A stretch of DNA of 64,000 nt from Psammoneis japonica (lineage: Eukaryota): positions 166,979-230,978 of the forward strand of contig QPGO01000008.1 of assembly GCA_008632985.1 (NCBI GenBank), read 5' to 3'. Of this stretch, positions 49,151 to 62,568 are shown piece after piece; positions within the stretch are counted from its first letter, which is position 1, and each line of letters begins with the position of its first letter. The notes beneath the pieces were generated by a model. It did not search any database. It was not told the DNA's origin and worked only from the letters and a program-made list of their open reading frames with translations. The translations under genes were made by a program, and so were the position numbers.

Positions 49151-52100
49151 ATTTGACAACAACACCAATGACGAATTGCACCTCAAAAAAAATTTGATGG
49201 CATGTTCACAACAGCCACAAGTGAATGCATCCAGTTGTCATCATCTTTGCAAACAATGCTGTTCACATTCCAGCAATTGCAAACACAAGCAGCATCAACA
49301 CAGTGTTTGGACAGAGGCAGCACTGAACTCGCAATGTGGGTGAGTGCATTGCCTGCTGCATCGCAACTTTTTTTGGAAGAGAAGCACAACCCAAACAGAA
49401 ACAAATGCAATGGCAAAAGTGGTGGGTTCTCCATTCCCGCCAATGCGTGCAATGGTTGAAAGGCAGTGCCGTCTGGCAGCAATGGCAAGGAAGAGTTTCT
49501 TGCAAATGCAAACTCCGTTGTCCCATGACAGAAAGAAACCAACAGCAAAAACAAGGTCACTTGAAAGAAAGGATCATTGAAATCCTTGTGATGATGGCTT
49601 CCTCCACAAAAGTTGGTGGATCTCCCCATCCAATCACGGTTGTCATGATCTCCAAAGCCAAACTCAAATGGATGATCAAGAGTTGTTTCTCCTGACTGCA
49701 CAAGATTGCATGCCAAGTCAATTTCTTCCAAAGAGCAATTCTGACAAAATGTGCTCAATGCGTTTGCATGCAAAAAAGCGCGAGTGCCGCTGACCAAGCT
49801 GAGTTTGGAGACAACTGCTTGCCTCATGTCAGAACCATTCTCAGAGATGAGTCCCTCTTTGATCATCCCATTGAGTGAAATGGGTGCCAAACAATGACAT
49901 CCATGGAACAGCGCAAAGTCGTGATCTTGTGCAAAAGAAGAGTTGGCGAGCAATGTTGGCAAAATTGCACCCATGCTTCACCTTGCAAAGGAGCACCAGT
50001 TTCTCCTCTCCGGAGAACACAATCTTGGTTGACGGCATCACGGGAATGCAAGCAATCCTGTGAAGACAGCTGGCTCGATTCTTTGCTGCTTTGTGATGGA
50101 GAATCCTCTGTTCATTGCTGGAACTGTCTGAATCAAACTTGACCACAAAGTGTGTTTCTAGAATGTGTGCATGCCTTGCTCCGCAGACCTGCACCTCCTT
50201 GACGATGATCTCACCTTCCTCTTCTGCAAACTTGCGCTTTTGTCATTTCTCTGAAAATGGCAAGCACGACAATGACAAGAGCGAGACATTGATTTCTTCT
50301 AAATGACAAAGCATTGAGCACTTGCCAGCAAGCCTCTTTCCTGCATGATCCCCAGCTGCTCCAACTTGTGCCGATGGCCACAGGTCACATGTCATGTGTT
50401 GGTTTGTGCACTCACGGACAGACTCTGGAACAACAACAGATGGGTTCCAGCCCCAGGTGGGACTCCGTGTGACATTGGGCCCGCAGAATTCTGCGTGCGA
50501 GCTCCACAGTAAATTGGCACTGCAATGAAAACACAAATGATCGCCAACAGAAAAAGAGGCAATTTTACGAATGCATCTCCTCCTTGGTGCTTGGAGCACA
50601 TCATTGAGAGTTTGCCCGGACATGTTTTGCAGACATTGAAGAACACACCCAGCATGTTTTTGTTCTCACAAATGTTGAAAATAGAAAGCCTTTGGCTTCG
50701 CAAAACAGGGAGCATGTGAAACAATTTCGTAGAATGCAAAATGCAGAAATGTGAGTGCGTGACATGCGACGTGATCCAAAAAACCATTGATGTCACAGTG
50801 CAGCAGTGCAAGGTCCCACCCAGAGCTGGAGCACGTCAACACCACAGTCTTCAAGAAGAGGAAGCAGATTACAAAGTTCAGAAAAGAGAATCTCTGTGGC
50901 GTCATCTTCCGTGTCTCACGCCTGCCACATCCGGTCAAGAACAAAGCAGCGATGGCAGTGCAGACTGGCTCTTCAAAGAGAAGACATCGGCAGTGGCGCC
51001 AAACAAAATGCAATGCTGACAGAAGACACTGCCAATTCGCAGCTGCATCGGCGCCATTGCATTGACTGTTCACGGTGAAGCCACGGTGCTTTTCCCATCC
51101 AACAACTTTGTGCTTGGAACACAACAGGTGCGCGTGCTTCAAAATGAAAAGTGCAGCCACCTGAAGAGGATGAAGCTCTTTTCCATGCTCTGCCTCCAAT
51201 GCATCAAGCTTGCTCACGTCCATGGCGCATTCACCCATGCCGGGGTTCTTCCGATCTTTTGGTGGGACCGCTTCTTGTCCATCTGGCAGTTTCTTTCTGC
51301 AGAACTTGTGAATCGAATGCTTCACCAGTTTTCATTGTGACACAGACGTTGGCTGTTTGCTGTTGATGATGAGGGTGAGTGCCGTGTTGATGACAAGCTG
51401 CTGTTGAATGTTTTTGAGATGAGCGAGAATGCACGCATGCATTTGTTGTGCATGGAAAACATGCCACATTCTACTTTGGGTGCGCCATTTTTTTTCATGC
51501 AGAACATGCACCAACAAACACTGCAAAAAAGGAATCCAAAGGCAACGGAGTGTCCCTGTCGTCCCAATGCAACACCACTCTCCATCGCGAGTCTGTGTGT
51601 CAACCATTCTTTGCACATGCGCTCGCACGCACCCGAAGGTCTCCTCGTGGACTCTCAGAGAATTCAGACAGATGGTGGCAAAAAATGTGCTCCGGTGCTC
51701 TCACAGATTTGGCTCAAAATGGGCTCTTCACAACTCGTCATGTGTGTTTCAAACCACCACATGAGATTTTTACACAAAACACACCAGAAAAAGCACCGTT
51801 CCCACGACAATCGATGTCATTGGCACATTGACAGCCATGCCTTCTACCGCTTGCCCATCATTGCAAGATGCATTCATGAAGCTCATCATGGCATTGGAGT
51901 GGCGACAATCGGTGACTGTTTCGTTGCTTTCTGCCCAGTGCTTGGTGTGTGCGAGAGTGTGTGTTTTTCGGTCGTCATGCTGGCATGGTGTCTCCTTTCA
52001 TTCTCTTCTTCCACTCATTTCAATTCGTGCATTTGTGTGTTGAAAGATGTGAATCTTAAGGTGCGCTGAAACCAGTGTCGGTTTTCATGTCAATGTGTGA

Positions 52101-54123
52101 GTGTCGTTCTGCTCAAACCAGGATTTGTTGTGTCTTTGATTTCTTCATGATTTGATGGCTCACTGATGGTGCTCTTTCTCTTTGTGGTGAATGTTTTAGA
52201 CTGTCAATGTGTGTTGAAGACATTGTTGAGCTGCAGCATTGACAGTCGAGATTTGTCATTGACTGAGCTGCTGCATTCGTAGTGACACGCATGAGTCCCG
52301 TCTTTTTGCTGCATTTCATGACGATTGCCTTGATTTCTCGTGATTTGGGATGGACAACGCCTCTCCATTGAATCCAATTCTGTCATTGAGCGTCACAGGT
52401 GAGACTGTGCAAGAACAGAGATGACATTTGCATCTGATTGACTCACCATCTGCCATTTTTCTCAAAGCAGGTTGCTCTGGGGCGTGAAACAGATTGATGA
52501 GACGGAGATTTGTGACACGTTCTAATGGATTGGAGGACACAGGAGACAAGAAATGCCACAGAGATGAATGGCAACTTCTGTCACACTGAATGCCTCAGCA
52601 GAAACTTGCAACAAATTTCTGTCAATGCGAGGCAATCTGTCAGTGACAAAAGACTGAAGAATGTTTGCAGCTTGTGAGTTGCATTCTATGAAATCTGTTG
52701 TTCACAAGACAACATGGGTCATAAAAGATCTTGTGCAAAGACTCGAACATGGGAGCCAATGTCCCTCCTGAGGGTTTCTGGGTCATTGTCGGCAGTTGCC
52801 GTCAAAGCTGCTGCGGTGCCCAAAGTGGTGCTGTCATTTCCCGTCTCCTGATTGAGATCACAGTGATGTTTTTGCACACAATGTCAGTGTCGTCATGTGA
52901 TGACAAACAATGCGTCGAAAAATCGGCATTGAACACACTGATTTCTGCAAGCATCATCATCCAACACAGCGGCACTCGCCATTTTCTTTTGTCGCGGTGA
53001 AGTGCGGAAGACTCCATTCCAAAACAAAGTTGACACATGTTGTGTCCAATTGTGAGTTAGCCGGGGCAGGGCTGGTTGGTCGCACACGTTTGGGTTCGAT
53101 GTGATGCACAACTGGCCACACCCTGCAGGAAAAGCTGTTGGTGGCAGGCGAGCAGAAGCAACAAAGCAAACAAAAAACATGGCATGGGTCAAAACGTTGC
53201 AAAATGACGCGACAACAAACAGTGAGAAGAAACCCAACTTAACCCATGAGTGCAGTGCACAAATGTTGTCCAACCACTTCAGTGGCATCTTGCATTCCCA
53301 GCTTGTAGATCAGTGAACACCGCTCACGTTTGCTCGCCATGGTGTTGCTTCATGTTGGTCATTGTCATGTTGTTTGTGTGCGAAGAACACCGGATCTATT
53401 TGTCCGATGGTGGCTCTGTTTTGGTCATGGTGGATGTTTTGCTGTTTTCAATCTGAAGACATTTTGAGAAGCGCTTTGTGACAACCCTGTTTGGACCGTC
53501 AAATAGAATTTTTTTTTGCAGATTCCAGAGTTCTTTCGGGGTGTTCTGCAAGACTTTTGAGTTGGGGCACATGTGTCACAAAGTCCACAGAAAACTTGAT
53601 GATGTGTTCAAGCTCAAGAGATGAACACAAATTTATCTTCCATGTGGACCACGCAGATTGTGTGCCGGCGGAAAATCCACCGCATGTCAACTCACACAGT
53701 GGCAATCCTGCGCATGTTCCACTTGCACCTCACACACGCACACACACCTGCACAGTCCAACAACCGCGCACACGTGCGCGAGATGACTGTGCCTGGTGCA
53801 AAGTTAATTTTTCTACAGTGCGCTGCTGTGTCGCACGCCGGCCATCCGCAAGAGCACCGGAACACATCGCCTGCATGCGACCCTGGTGCATCGTCTGTCT
53901 GAATTCTCTGAGAGTCTGTGAAGCACAGGCTCAGAGCAAACCTGGGCAGGACACTCAATTCACAACACACACAAACATTGAGAACATTTTACATTTACAA
54001 AATGGGAGACATTTCATGGACACAGCTTCCGGGTTTCCACATTTTGTGTGCCGGGTTCCTTTCGATGTTTTTGATGTTTTATCACGGTGAAAGTGCGACG
54101 ACCATGATGGTCGATTTTCACAT

Positions 54124-54225
54124 CAATGCAAGTGGGGCCAAAGTGCGCCGACCATTTGAACCTCATCATGTCGATGATGTGTGGCACAGGCATGGTGTCA
54201 GTGCACTTTGGCCCCACTTGCATTG
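54124..54225. repeat. ~100-bp inverted repeat with 29-bp arms, possibly a MITE
   Basis: caatgcaagtggggccaaagtgcgccgac ... gtcagtgcactttggccccacttgcattg. The two mismatches are at CpG positions; no TSD was found. Confidence 0.75.
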
Positions 54226-54744
54226 CAATGAAAAAACCAACGGCATGCTGTCATGGCTGTTTTTTTTTTCAGCGGCCGCACCCAGAAAAAAGCTCTGGCC
54301 GTGCAGAATTCTGCGGTGATTTTGTGCTGAGCTCTCAGCCAACTTCTGTCAAAGACACAATTTCACTCGCGTTGCATGGCACTCTGTCAATCTGTCAAAA
54401 GCAAAGATCATGACAAGGAAACAGCAAAATCCCAAGAAATCAGAGGCTTGCAAGGCCACAATGAGGCTCATGCCAACAATGCCTGCTTCCCTCACCCACA
54501 CTTGGCTCACTGCTTCGGAGCATTGCAATCTTCTCACTCAAGGCGGCATCAACAACAGAGTCACCTGTGAGGACATGAGCTCCATCATGAGGTCACACAA
54601 CAATGGAGCATTTGAAAGTCGACAGTTTGGAAGCCATCACGACAAGCATTGTTGTTCCCACTCTGCACAAGATGACCCAACAATGCCAGAGACTCGGGGT
54701 GCCATTGATCTTCACCTCGACTCTGATGCATTCTCGGGAGATGA

Positions 54745-57167
54745 ATGCGTGGAGGATCTCAATGCTGTCAGTGCTCTTTGTGTGAGTCGATTCCTGAGTC
54801 AGATGACCAAGAGAATTCAGGAAATGGCAATGTTGTTGCTCCCACTGTCACTCCGTTGCCCAGAAATTCAAAAACATCTGCGGCTGGCTTGTGCAGAGGA
54901 TGGAGTGGTCCCAATTGCAAGAGACTCGTGTCCATGTCTCTGAAAGAGGCTCAAGACGAAGTTCCTTGGCTTCTTGGTGAAGGAAAGTGCAATCAACCTT
55001 TTCCACTTTCCAAGAGGTTCAACAAGCGCAAAGACTGTGAAAAGTTTGTTGTGGACAACAGTGCTGCACCGGCTGAATGGACGATTCGAGCCACTTCATG
55101 CACTGGCTCATCTCATCTCCACGGTGGCCTCTGCGATGCATGCAAGAGTTCATCCTCATCACTGACTCACACAAATTCCTTTTGCAAGGAAGATGCAAAG
55201 GTTCATGGAAAGATGCACATGACTGAGGAACGCATCCATCTGCTTAGACCAGCAAAAACAGCGGAGGCAGTTAAGTCAATCTGTCACGAAAAGAACAATG
55301 CCATGCACAATCTCAGCAGAAAAACAGCTAGACTGAAGGCGAAACTTTTTGAAGTCGAGTCTGACTTGCACACAGTTGAACATGATGATGACAAACAAGC
55401 ACTACGAGATGTGCTAAAAGAGGTGCCACCGGCTGCAAAGAAAGCACACTGTGAAGATTCCCTGCAATTTCATGTTCTAAAGGAGTCTCATCGCAAACTG
55501 CTTGGTGTGCGCACAAAGAGTGATGGCACATTGTCAAATGGGAATCAACATCATCCAGAGGCAATGACACCCGCAATGTCTCTCATTCGAGACGCAAACG
55601 AAAATGTGCACAAGTCGCTGCAGAATGTTCTGCACTTGCCGTCAACCAAGGAAGCAAAGAGAAAACTAAAGGAGCTGGTTGGAGACACCAGCAAAGATGG
55701 ATCGTGTGAGGAAATGATTGATCTGATGTCAGGAATGCATCAACAATGGGCTGTGGAAAATCCCACCATCAGCCAAGGTTGGAACCAGGTGACGTTTAAC
55801 TGCAATTCAATGTCCGTCAGTCCTGGCACCATGCTTTGCACTCGAAAGGATGGCATGTGCCAAACAGATGGCGTCATCATGCCAGAATCTGTGGATGTCA
55901 CCAAGAATCTTTTTGATCAGTTTGCATTCAAGGTTTCTGAGGAGCGGGGAGTTGGTCCATCAGAACAAGGCAAAATGCAATTGGTGTCGTCTCTTCTAGA
56001 GCGCGAAACAGAACACACGGCAATGTGTGTGGTTTCTCAAACCCACGTTGTGACATGTGTTTCATTGGGGCTGCCTTCAATGGAACTGCGCCAACAAAGT
56101 CAACCATTGGTTGTCAGCCAGATGACTTGCAGAGGAAGCTGGCGACACGAAATGTGTTTGGATGAGTTGAAGCAGCCGACTGTGCAGGTGCAAACGTTGG
56201 ATTCACCAAACTGACCTGCACCACACCAGCAAGCAGTTTCATTCCAGCTGATGTCCTTGAAAAGCATGGTTTAGATGGGTCGTGGCTTGTTGCTGGTAAA
56301 TTGTTTGCTGATGGTGAACCCAAGTTCTGCTTCCACGATGCGCCGCATGGTTTGAAACGCGTGAATTGTGCAATGAGAAACCAATCCCTGTCATGGCATC
56401 CCGACGGCACATGCCCAATGTCAATGAATGCCCTTCGGGAAGTGCACCAATCCATCATGGGGAGCACAGACGAAATGGCCTTGATGCACTCCATGAAATT
56501 GAGAGCCTCCGATTTCGATTCCAGAATGGATGCTTCTCAAAAGCAGAAGGTTCAACCAGCAGCCCGCACTTTGAGCAACACCATGTGCCGGGCGACAGAC
56601 AAAGTGTGTGCTGACGCGATGATCGACTTTCCGTCAATCCCATTTGAACAGAGGAAATTCCAGCTTTCCAAGCTGAGAGAGCTTTGCTCTAATTGCAGTC
56701 GTTGGTTTGACACCTGGAACTCTAGAGATCCATCCAAGCCAAGTCATTGGAAAGTGCTGGTGACTCGAAGAAACGCAGTGGAAATTTTGGACGAATTGCT
56801 TGGCATTCTAAAATTCTTCCAAGATTGGAAAGAGTCCCTGACACTCCCGGATGGCACTTTTGTGCAGGACAACTTTATCCCGATGGAAACTTGTGAGACC
56901 ATGAAGCAAGACTGCCATGGTGCTGCTTCCCACACATGCGATCAAGCTGTCAACAAAGGCCGAGAGGTGTGTCTTTACCGTTGCAACCAGGACAAGTGTG
57001 AGAACCACTTTTCCCATTGCCGCGTTGCCTGCGGGAACGCTCGAAATCCCAAGGGGGCTCATGCAAAGACTTGCGCCAACTTGTCGGGTCTGAAGAGGGC
57101 CATCCGGGCCAGCAAAAATGGGAACATCACATTGTTTGAAGCAGCAAAGAAAAGGAAAGGAAACTGA
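54745..57167 (+). pseudogene. P-element/THAP9-like transposase relic, frameshifted near 56.0-56.3 kb
   Basis: NVHKSLQNVLHLPS; FHDAPHGLKRV (DxxH); KQKVQPAARTLS; RWFDTWNSR; NQDKCENHFSHCR. These are P-superfamily blocks in the expected order. Confidence 0.8.
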
Positions 57168-57628
57168 ACAGCCAATTTGGTCACTGCGTCTTTGCACTTT
57201 CGTGCGCAACAAGTGCTCCAGTTCTAGTTGGCAATTTGTCGGTTCCTGTGCATGGCCGAGACTGCCGTTCAAGACGAAGCAAGTCAGACGATTTCATTTT
57301 TCCACACAGCTCCAGTGTCATTCCAAAGCAAGCTTGCCAAAGGAGCAAATGTGACTCCACATTGAAGCTCAGCGGGATGCACTTGACAAACAATTCCCTC
57401 AATGGCAGACTCTTTTTGGCAGTGGACAGCACATCTTCTAGAATTCTTCCACGCCGATGCAACACCTGTGCAGCAGCAAAGTTCACCAGGTGGAGCCCCT
57501 CAAGCAAGCTGACAAAATTGTGCCAAATTCTGCCCCGGACGGGTCATGCACCCATGTGCCTTTTTGTTCTCACGAAAGTCAATCTCTTCAGTTGGCATGC
57601 CGGATTTCTGAGCATCATCTGCGGTGAG

Positions 57629-58764
57629 TCAGTTGTGCTGGACAAATTCAACAAGCAACTCCTTGTTCAATCTGCGCATTTTGCTGCAAGATGTGACCTT
57701 GAGGAGAAGCCACCCTGCAACACTGCATGATTTTCCTTCATGTCCACTCAGTCGTTCCTGGAGAACAGCAGTGTCAACATCTGAGCCCAAGTCTGGTGTC
57801 GCATCGTGCATTGCCGTCTTTGACCATTCGGCACACATGTCACAATGAAGTTGGGCAAAGAAGCATCTGAGGTGCGCTGCTTGGTTGTCTGACTCAGAGT
57901 TGAAAAATGAGACAATTTTCTGAAGGAAGCGTTCCCGCAAGACGACGTGGATTTCATGCCATTGATTGTTGGCACGCCTGTCAATTGTTTGAGGCATCGC
58001 CCCCGTCAGAGTGTGGCAAACTGCATTTTCAAAGCTTGGTGTCTCCTGAGCAGCAAGCAACTTGAGCTCTTCTCTGCTTGCAAAGTCTGTGATTTCCGAA
58101 TGATCAACGTTTGTTTTGGACACTTCCTCCTGAGCATTCTTTGCCGCCCGCCCCCCACTGCAGATGGCATGTCATGTTCATCTAGGTGCAAGACCTGACG
58201 AATCTCATCAACATCATCAACCTTGAATGTTGGTAGAGGGACAACACCCCGTGCTTTTTTAAATGCAAGCCATCTTTGTGACTGGTGCCGACGGTTGGAA
58301 AGGACATTGAGCCGTGTGAGCAACTCATCAAAGGAGGTGTCGCGTCCTTTCCGTGGCAGCGGCTTCTTTGTGTTCCACCTTGTGGTGCTGAATCCATGGT
58401 CATAGACGCGCTTTTGGAAGAATTCATCTGGCTCTCTGCGAATCGTTGCGCAGTTGAGAGTCAAAGCACTGCCATCATCCTGATCCATTGCGTTGATTCC
58501 TGGCGGCGGCGGCGGCAGTTGTTGCTGTTGCTCACACATTTCTTCATGCTCTGCGCCCAAGTTTTCCATCTCGTCCCTGGAGAAACCATTCTCATTTTGC
58601 ACGTCATCAACAGAGAGGACTTCTTCGTCACACAGGGCACCAGCCTCATCAAAATGGTGCTCAGTGGGGTCACTCATCGTCAACTGCACACACGCACTTG
58701 CAACAGCGAAGCGATGTGGTGTTGGCTGCAGAAAATCTGCTTTTCGAAAAGTCGCAATTTCCAT
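57629..58764 (-). pseudogene. Convergent accessory ORF relic of unknown function inside the 7.8-kb element
   Basis: Two overlapping protein-like frames (acidic N-terminus, then KLLAAQETPSFENAV...) joined by a frameshift near 58.1 kb. Confidence 0.45.
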
Positions 58765-59434
58765 TGTCGCAGAGGCTGCGAGCTGATTGGCATGTCTCTT
58801 TATGTCAAGGGTGGTCGGTTGCCACTTTTTTTAGCTCGAATTCGGCCGAACACTTCGTGTTTTGCATGATTTTTCCTGAATTTCACCGTGCTTCACCGTG
58901 GTGAAAACAACAAGCCATAAGTCTGTGACGGAGGTAGTCCGTCTACCAACTCTCATTTATTTTATGTTTGTTATGTATCAAAGATTGTACATACATGAAA
59001 AGTTGGTAGACGGCAAACTACGTTTTTGAGAAATGTCGATGATTGTCATCATCGTCGTGCTTCGATCGCGGTGTTGATGGTTCTCGTTTTCGTGCGCGAT
59101 CGGGTGTGACTATGAATAATTCTTGTATTCAAAAATAAACACTAAAAAAACCTTATTCAAATGCAACGGTAATTTTAGGATAAACGCGGGGATGACCCCC
59201 CTTAATTATCGAGTGTTAATAATAAAGATTAAGGTAGCCGCTCATATCCGTCAAATGTCTCCCGGCCAGACAGAATGTGTCCCGCCTAGAGACCCCCGAG
59301 TGTGCGAAGCGCGCGGTACGGTCGACGCATGGACTCACGATGGAGAGTGACGCAACACGGCGAGAAGAGAGAACTATGCCTCCTCGCTCCTCGCTCCTCG
59401 CCTCTCGCCTCTCGCCTCCTTGACTTCGTGAAGA

Positions 59435-60133
59435 ATGACGACGACAACAACTGCAGCAACGACGACGCTCAATACGGGTGTCAATCCATCAAAGCGTGAA
59501 GTGTGGTTTTCTAACTTTGAAGAAATCAAGAAGTTTTACGACGAACACGGTCATTTGACATTGCCAAGAGACGATCCGAAATTCGCAAAACTAGCGCAAT
59601 GGTTGAGCTACCAACGACACCGAGCAAAGATACTTCGAAAGGATCAAATTAGGCTCCTCGAAAGTATCAACTACAAGTCAACTCCAGTCCGTCGTGTATC
59701 ACACGACAAGGAGTGGAAATTGAAGTTTCAACAGCTACAAGCGATTCATGAAGAAACTGGACTTCTCCGTATCCCCACCGAAAAGAGAGCACTTGCGAAT
59801 TGGTTGAGTAAGCAGAGACGCTTACTGAAGTTTGGTTTGCTCGATCCCGAGCACAAGGAGATGCTTATTAACTTAGGTGTGAAGCCACTTGCAATTCGTG
59901 TAGAGAAGAAAAAGAACGCGTTACAGGAGGCGAAGTGGATGTCGCAGTACGAGAAGTTGAAAGAGTATGTCAACATCCACGGCAATTGTAACGTGCCTAG
60001 GGGTTGGAAGGAAGACAAGACCCTTGGCAATTGGGTTTATAGCCAGAGAACTAAATACAAAGAGATGCTAGCCGGAGAATCGATTATGGATCCAGAGAGG
60101 AAAAAGAAGTTGGACGAGATTGGTTTTGAGTAG
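59435..60133 (+). CDS. Small intronless protein with three helicase-associated (HA) domains
   Basis: WFSNFEEIKKFYDEHGHLTLP; WKLKFQQL..LANWLSKQR; WMSQYEKLKEYVNIHGNCNVP..LGNWVYSQR..LDEIGF. Confidence 0.85.
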   Translation: MTTTTTAATTTLNTGVNPSKREVWFSNFEEIKKFYDEHGHLTLPRDDPKFAKLAQWLSYQRHRAKILRKDQIRLLESINYKSTPVRRVSHDKEWKLKFQQLQAIHEETGLLRIPTEKRALANWLSKQRRLLKFGLLDPEHKEMLINLGVKPLAIRVEKKKNALQEAKWMSQYEKLKEYVNIHGNCNVPRGWKEDKTLGNWVYSQRTKYKEMLAGESIMDPERKKKLDEIGFE

Positions 60134-60160
60134 ATGATTAGCAATTAGCAGACAGCCCTG

Positions 60161-62568
60161 AAAGACAAAGGCTAGCCACATCCACGGTAAAGTAACTTTT
60201 GCATCACATTCTTGTCAGCTTGAAACACAATGGTAAGCAAATGTATGAGAGATGGAGGGTAATAGAGCCAATGTTTAGGGTGTCATGGACATTTTCGAAA
60301 ACTCCAATTTACTTTTTCATTCTTTAATTTACTTATTCAATTTTGACCATTTTCCTTCTTCACAGAGACCAATTTTATTTTTAAAAGGCCATGAGCGGTC
60401 CATCACCGTGGTCAAGTTCAATTACGATGGCGACCTGCTCTTTACTGCCTCCAAGGACCATGTGCCTTCTGTCTGGAGAGCTGAAAATGGGGAACGATTG
60501 GGTACTTTTAACGGTCATAAGGGAACCATTTGGGATTTAGACTGCGATCGATTCACTACGAGGCTCCTGACGGCATCGGCGGATGCGTAAGTGATGTTTG
60601 TAATGCTGTCTAGTTACGCTTGGAGTTTCTCTTTTCATCGTAAGTTTTGTAAATCTAACTTACGACACGCTCTTTTTCGTCCACGGACAACTACTTTAGG
60701 ACTGCCAAACTGTGGGATTGTGAAACTGGAGAATGCATTCAAACATTGACCCATCGAGGACCAGTACGAGGGGTTGCTTGGGCGGAGGGTACTGAAATGT
60801 TTGCCACCATTTCGGATCCATTTGTGGAACACAATGCTCAAATCTCGGTTTACGATGTGGGACAGGATTCACCGAGATTGGAAATTGATTTACCGAAGGA
60901 CTCAAACAACAAGGAGGTCAACCCGACCAACATTGCATGGCTCAATATCAACGAAGCGCTCTTTGTGACGTTTGATAATGGATCCATTCGCTTGTATGAT
61001 CCAATCACTGGAGAAGAACTAGAAGAATTCTTTCCACACGAAAAGAAAATCAATCGCGTATCCTTCAACCGTGAAAAGACATTGTTCATTACCAGTTCGG
61101 CGGACTTTACTGCCAAACTCTACGACGTGGTGGACCTGAAGCATCTCAAGACCTACAAGACGGACCGTCCCGTCAATGATGCCGTCATTTCCGAAACAAA
61201 GGATCATATCCTGCTGGGCGGTGGTCAAGAAGCCATGTCGGTCACCACGACTTCGGGTAAGGTGGGAAAGTTCGAGACGAGGTTCTTCCACTTGGTGTAC
61301 GAAGAAGAGTTTGGAACCGCCAAGGGACACTTTGGACCCAAAATGCTCTCGCGATAAACCCTAACGGACTCAGCTTTGCGAGTGGCGCTGAAGACGGATA
61401 CGTTCGCCTTCACTTCTTTGACAAGTCATATCTAGACATGAAAGACCCTGTCCCCGAGGAAGATGAAGAAGAGAATCCAGCAGCAGAGTAAAGTAAACTT
61501 TTATGCATTAACAAGTTCTTTATAGCTAGTCCGGTATTAGATCAGCTTTATTTAACTGATGCTAGTGTTCCTCACAGACAGACTGATTCTGTTGATAATC
61601 GCTTCTCCAGCATCCAGATGAAATTCTATCCAACTTACTCTCCGTATCCCGGTCAAGTCCACTGTCTCAAATGGTTCTGCTCCTTCGCCTGGCAACATTG
61701 GCAACATGGGAGGGATCTCAACAGTTTCAGTCAATTTGCGGAGTAGTGTGACTTGCCTGGCAGAGCCATGGTATCCAATTGTTACTTCCAATACAACGTC
61801 TTGCGAATCAAGAGCGGCTTCATTTAGGGTCTCATAGTCGCCCAGAATGTTCTCTCGCCGATAGAAACCAGATACACCACGTGAAGGCGTTCCCACACTT
61901 GGGCCATCTACGACAATGCAATGATAGGAATCGTTGCATTCAATAGTTAGAATAACTGGATTCTCCACAAAGCACAGCCGCGAGTCTGGATTTGGTGTTG
62001 TAAGAGCATCTACAGGCGTCCCTCCAAACTGTGCGTAGTTTTCAATACCGTAACCCTGATAATCTTTATCTCGGCAATATGATAAGAGATAGTTGGGTTC
62101 AATATCAAAGACATCACAGTACGGAGGAAACTGAGTTTGGTCGACAGCATTGAAATCATAAGCGTGAGAGATGTAGTGAAATCGCCACAGCTTTTAAAAA
62201 CACGTTTGGTACAATTCACTTACAGTCCCCGTCAGAACTTTGTATGTACAGCATGTGAATCTTTCGTTGACAGCTCCAACTGGATTTGCCAGGGTGTGCA
62301 TAAACGATCGTTCACTAATAAATCCCTCATCCATCCGACAACCAACCATGCATCCGGCTTGGTTGTATCCTGGTGGGGTAGCTTCAATCAAGTCAGCCCA
62401 CTTTGAGCACGGGTACTTGTCACAGTTGGGATGATTTGAAGTCCGACCACCATGGAAGTACTCGTCTGCAAGAGCAAATAACGAGTGACCCAGCTCATGA
62501 ACTGCAACCAAAGCGCCGTCGGGATGAAGGGTAGTGGAAGCAACATTATCTCGGGCATATCCGGCGCC
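60161..62568. repeat. Direct segmental duplication; the partner is 40578-42590 plus 47810-48175
   Basis: Continuous alignment from aaagacaaaggctag through eIF3i into the M64-like gene. The partner copy is split by the Gypsy element. Confidence 0.92.
60230..61491 (+). pseudogene. EIF3I: Near-identical duplicate of eIF3i with a -1 frameshift in the last WD repeat
   Basis: Same exons and introns as 40649-41911. cccatcaatg becomes cccaaaatg at about 61341, giving a stop at 61355-61357. It also has an extra Phe codon (RPILFLKGH), and upstream identity ends at about 60161. Confidence 0.75.

Larger units (their letters stand above)
51576..59349. mobile_element. 7.8-kb TIR DNA transposon with a 9-bp TSD, carrying a P-like transposase relic
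   Basis: Left TIR cactctccatcgcgagtctgtgtgtcaacc; right TIR ggtcgacgcatggactcacgatggagagtg. Flanks are atgcaacac (51567-51575) and acgcaacac (59350-59358). Confidence 0.85.

Noticed and set aside
42800..58900. Classical RIP, or 5mC deamination alone, as the cause of the skew
   Set aside because: RIP generates TpA, and CpG deamination does not remove TpA. The alignments show direct TpA loss.
54073..58911. Weak inverted match (tcacggtgaa / ttcaccgtg) as termini of an inner P element
   Set aside because: Short, imperfect and without a TSD.
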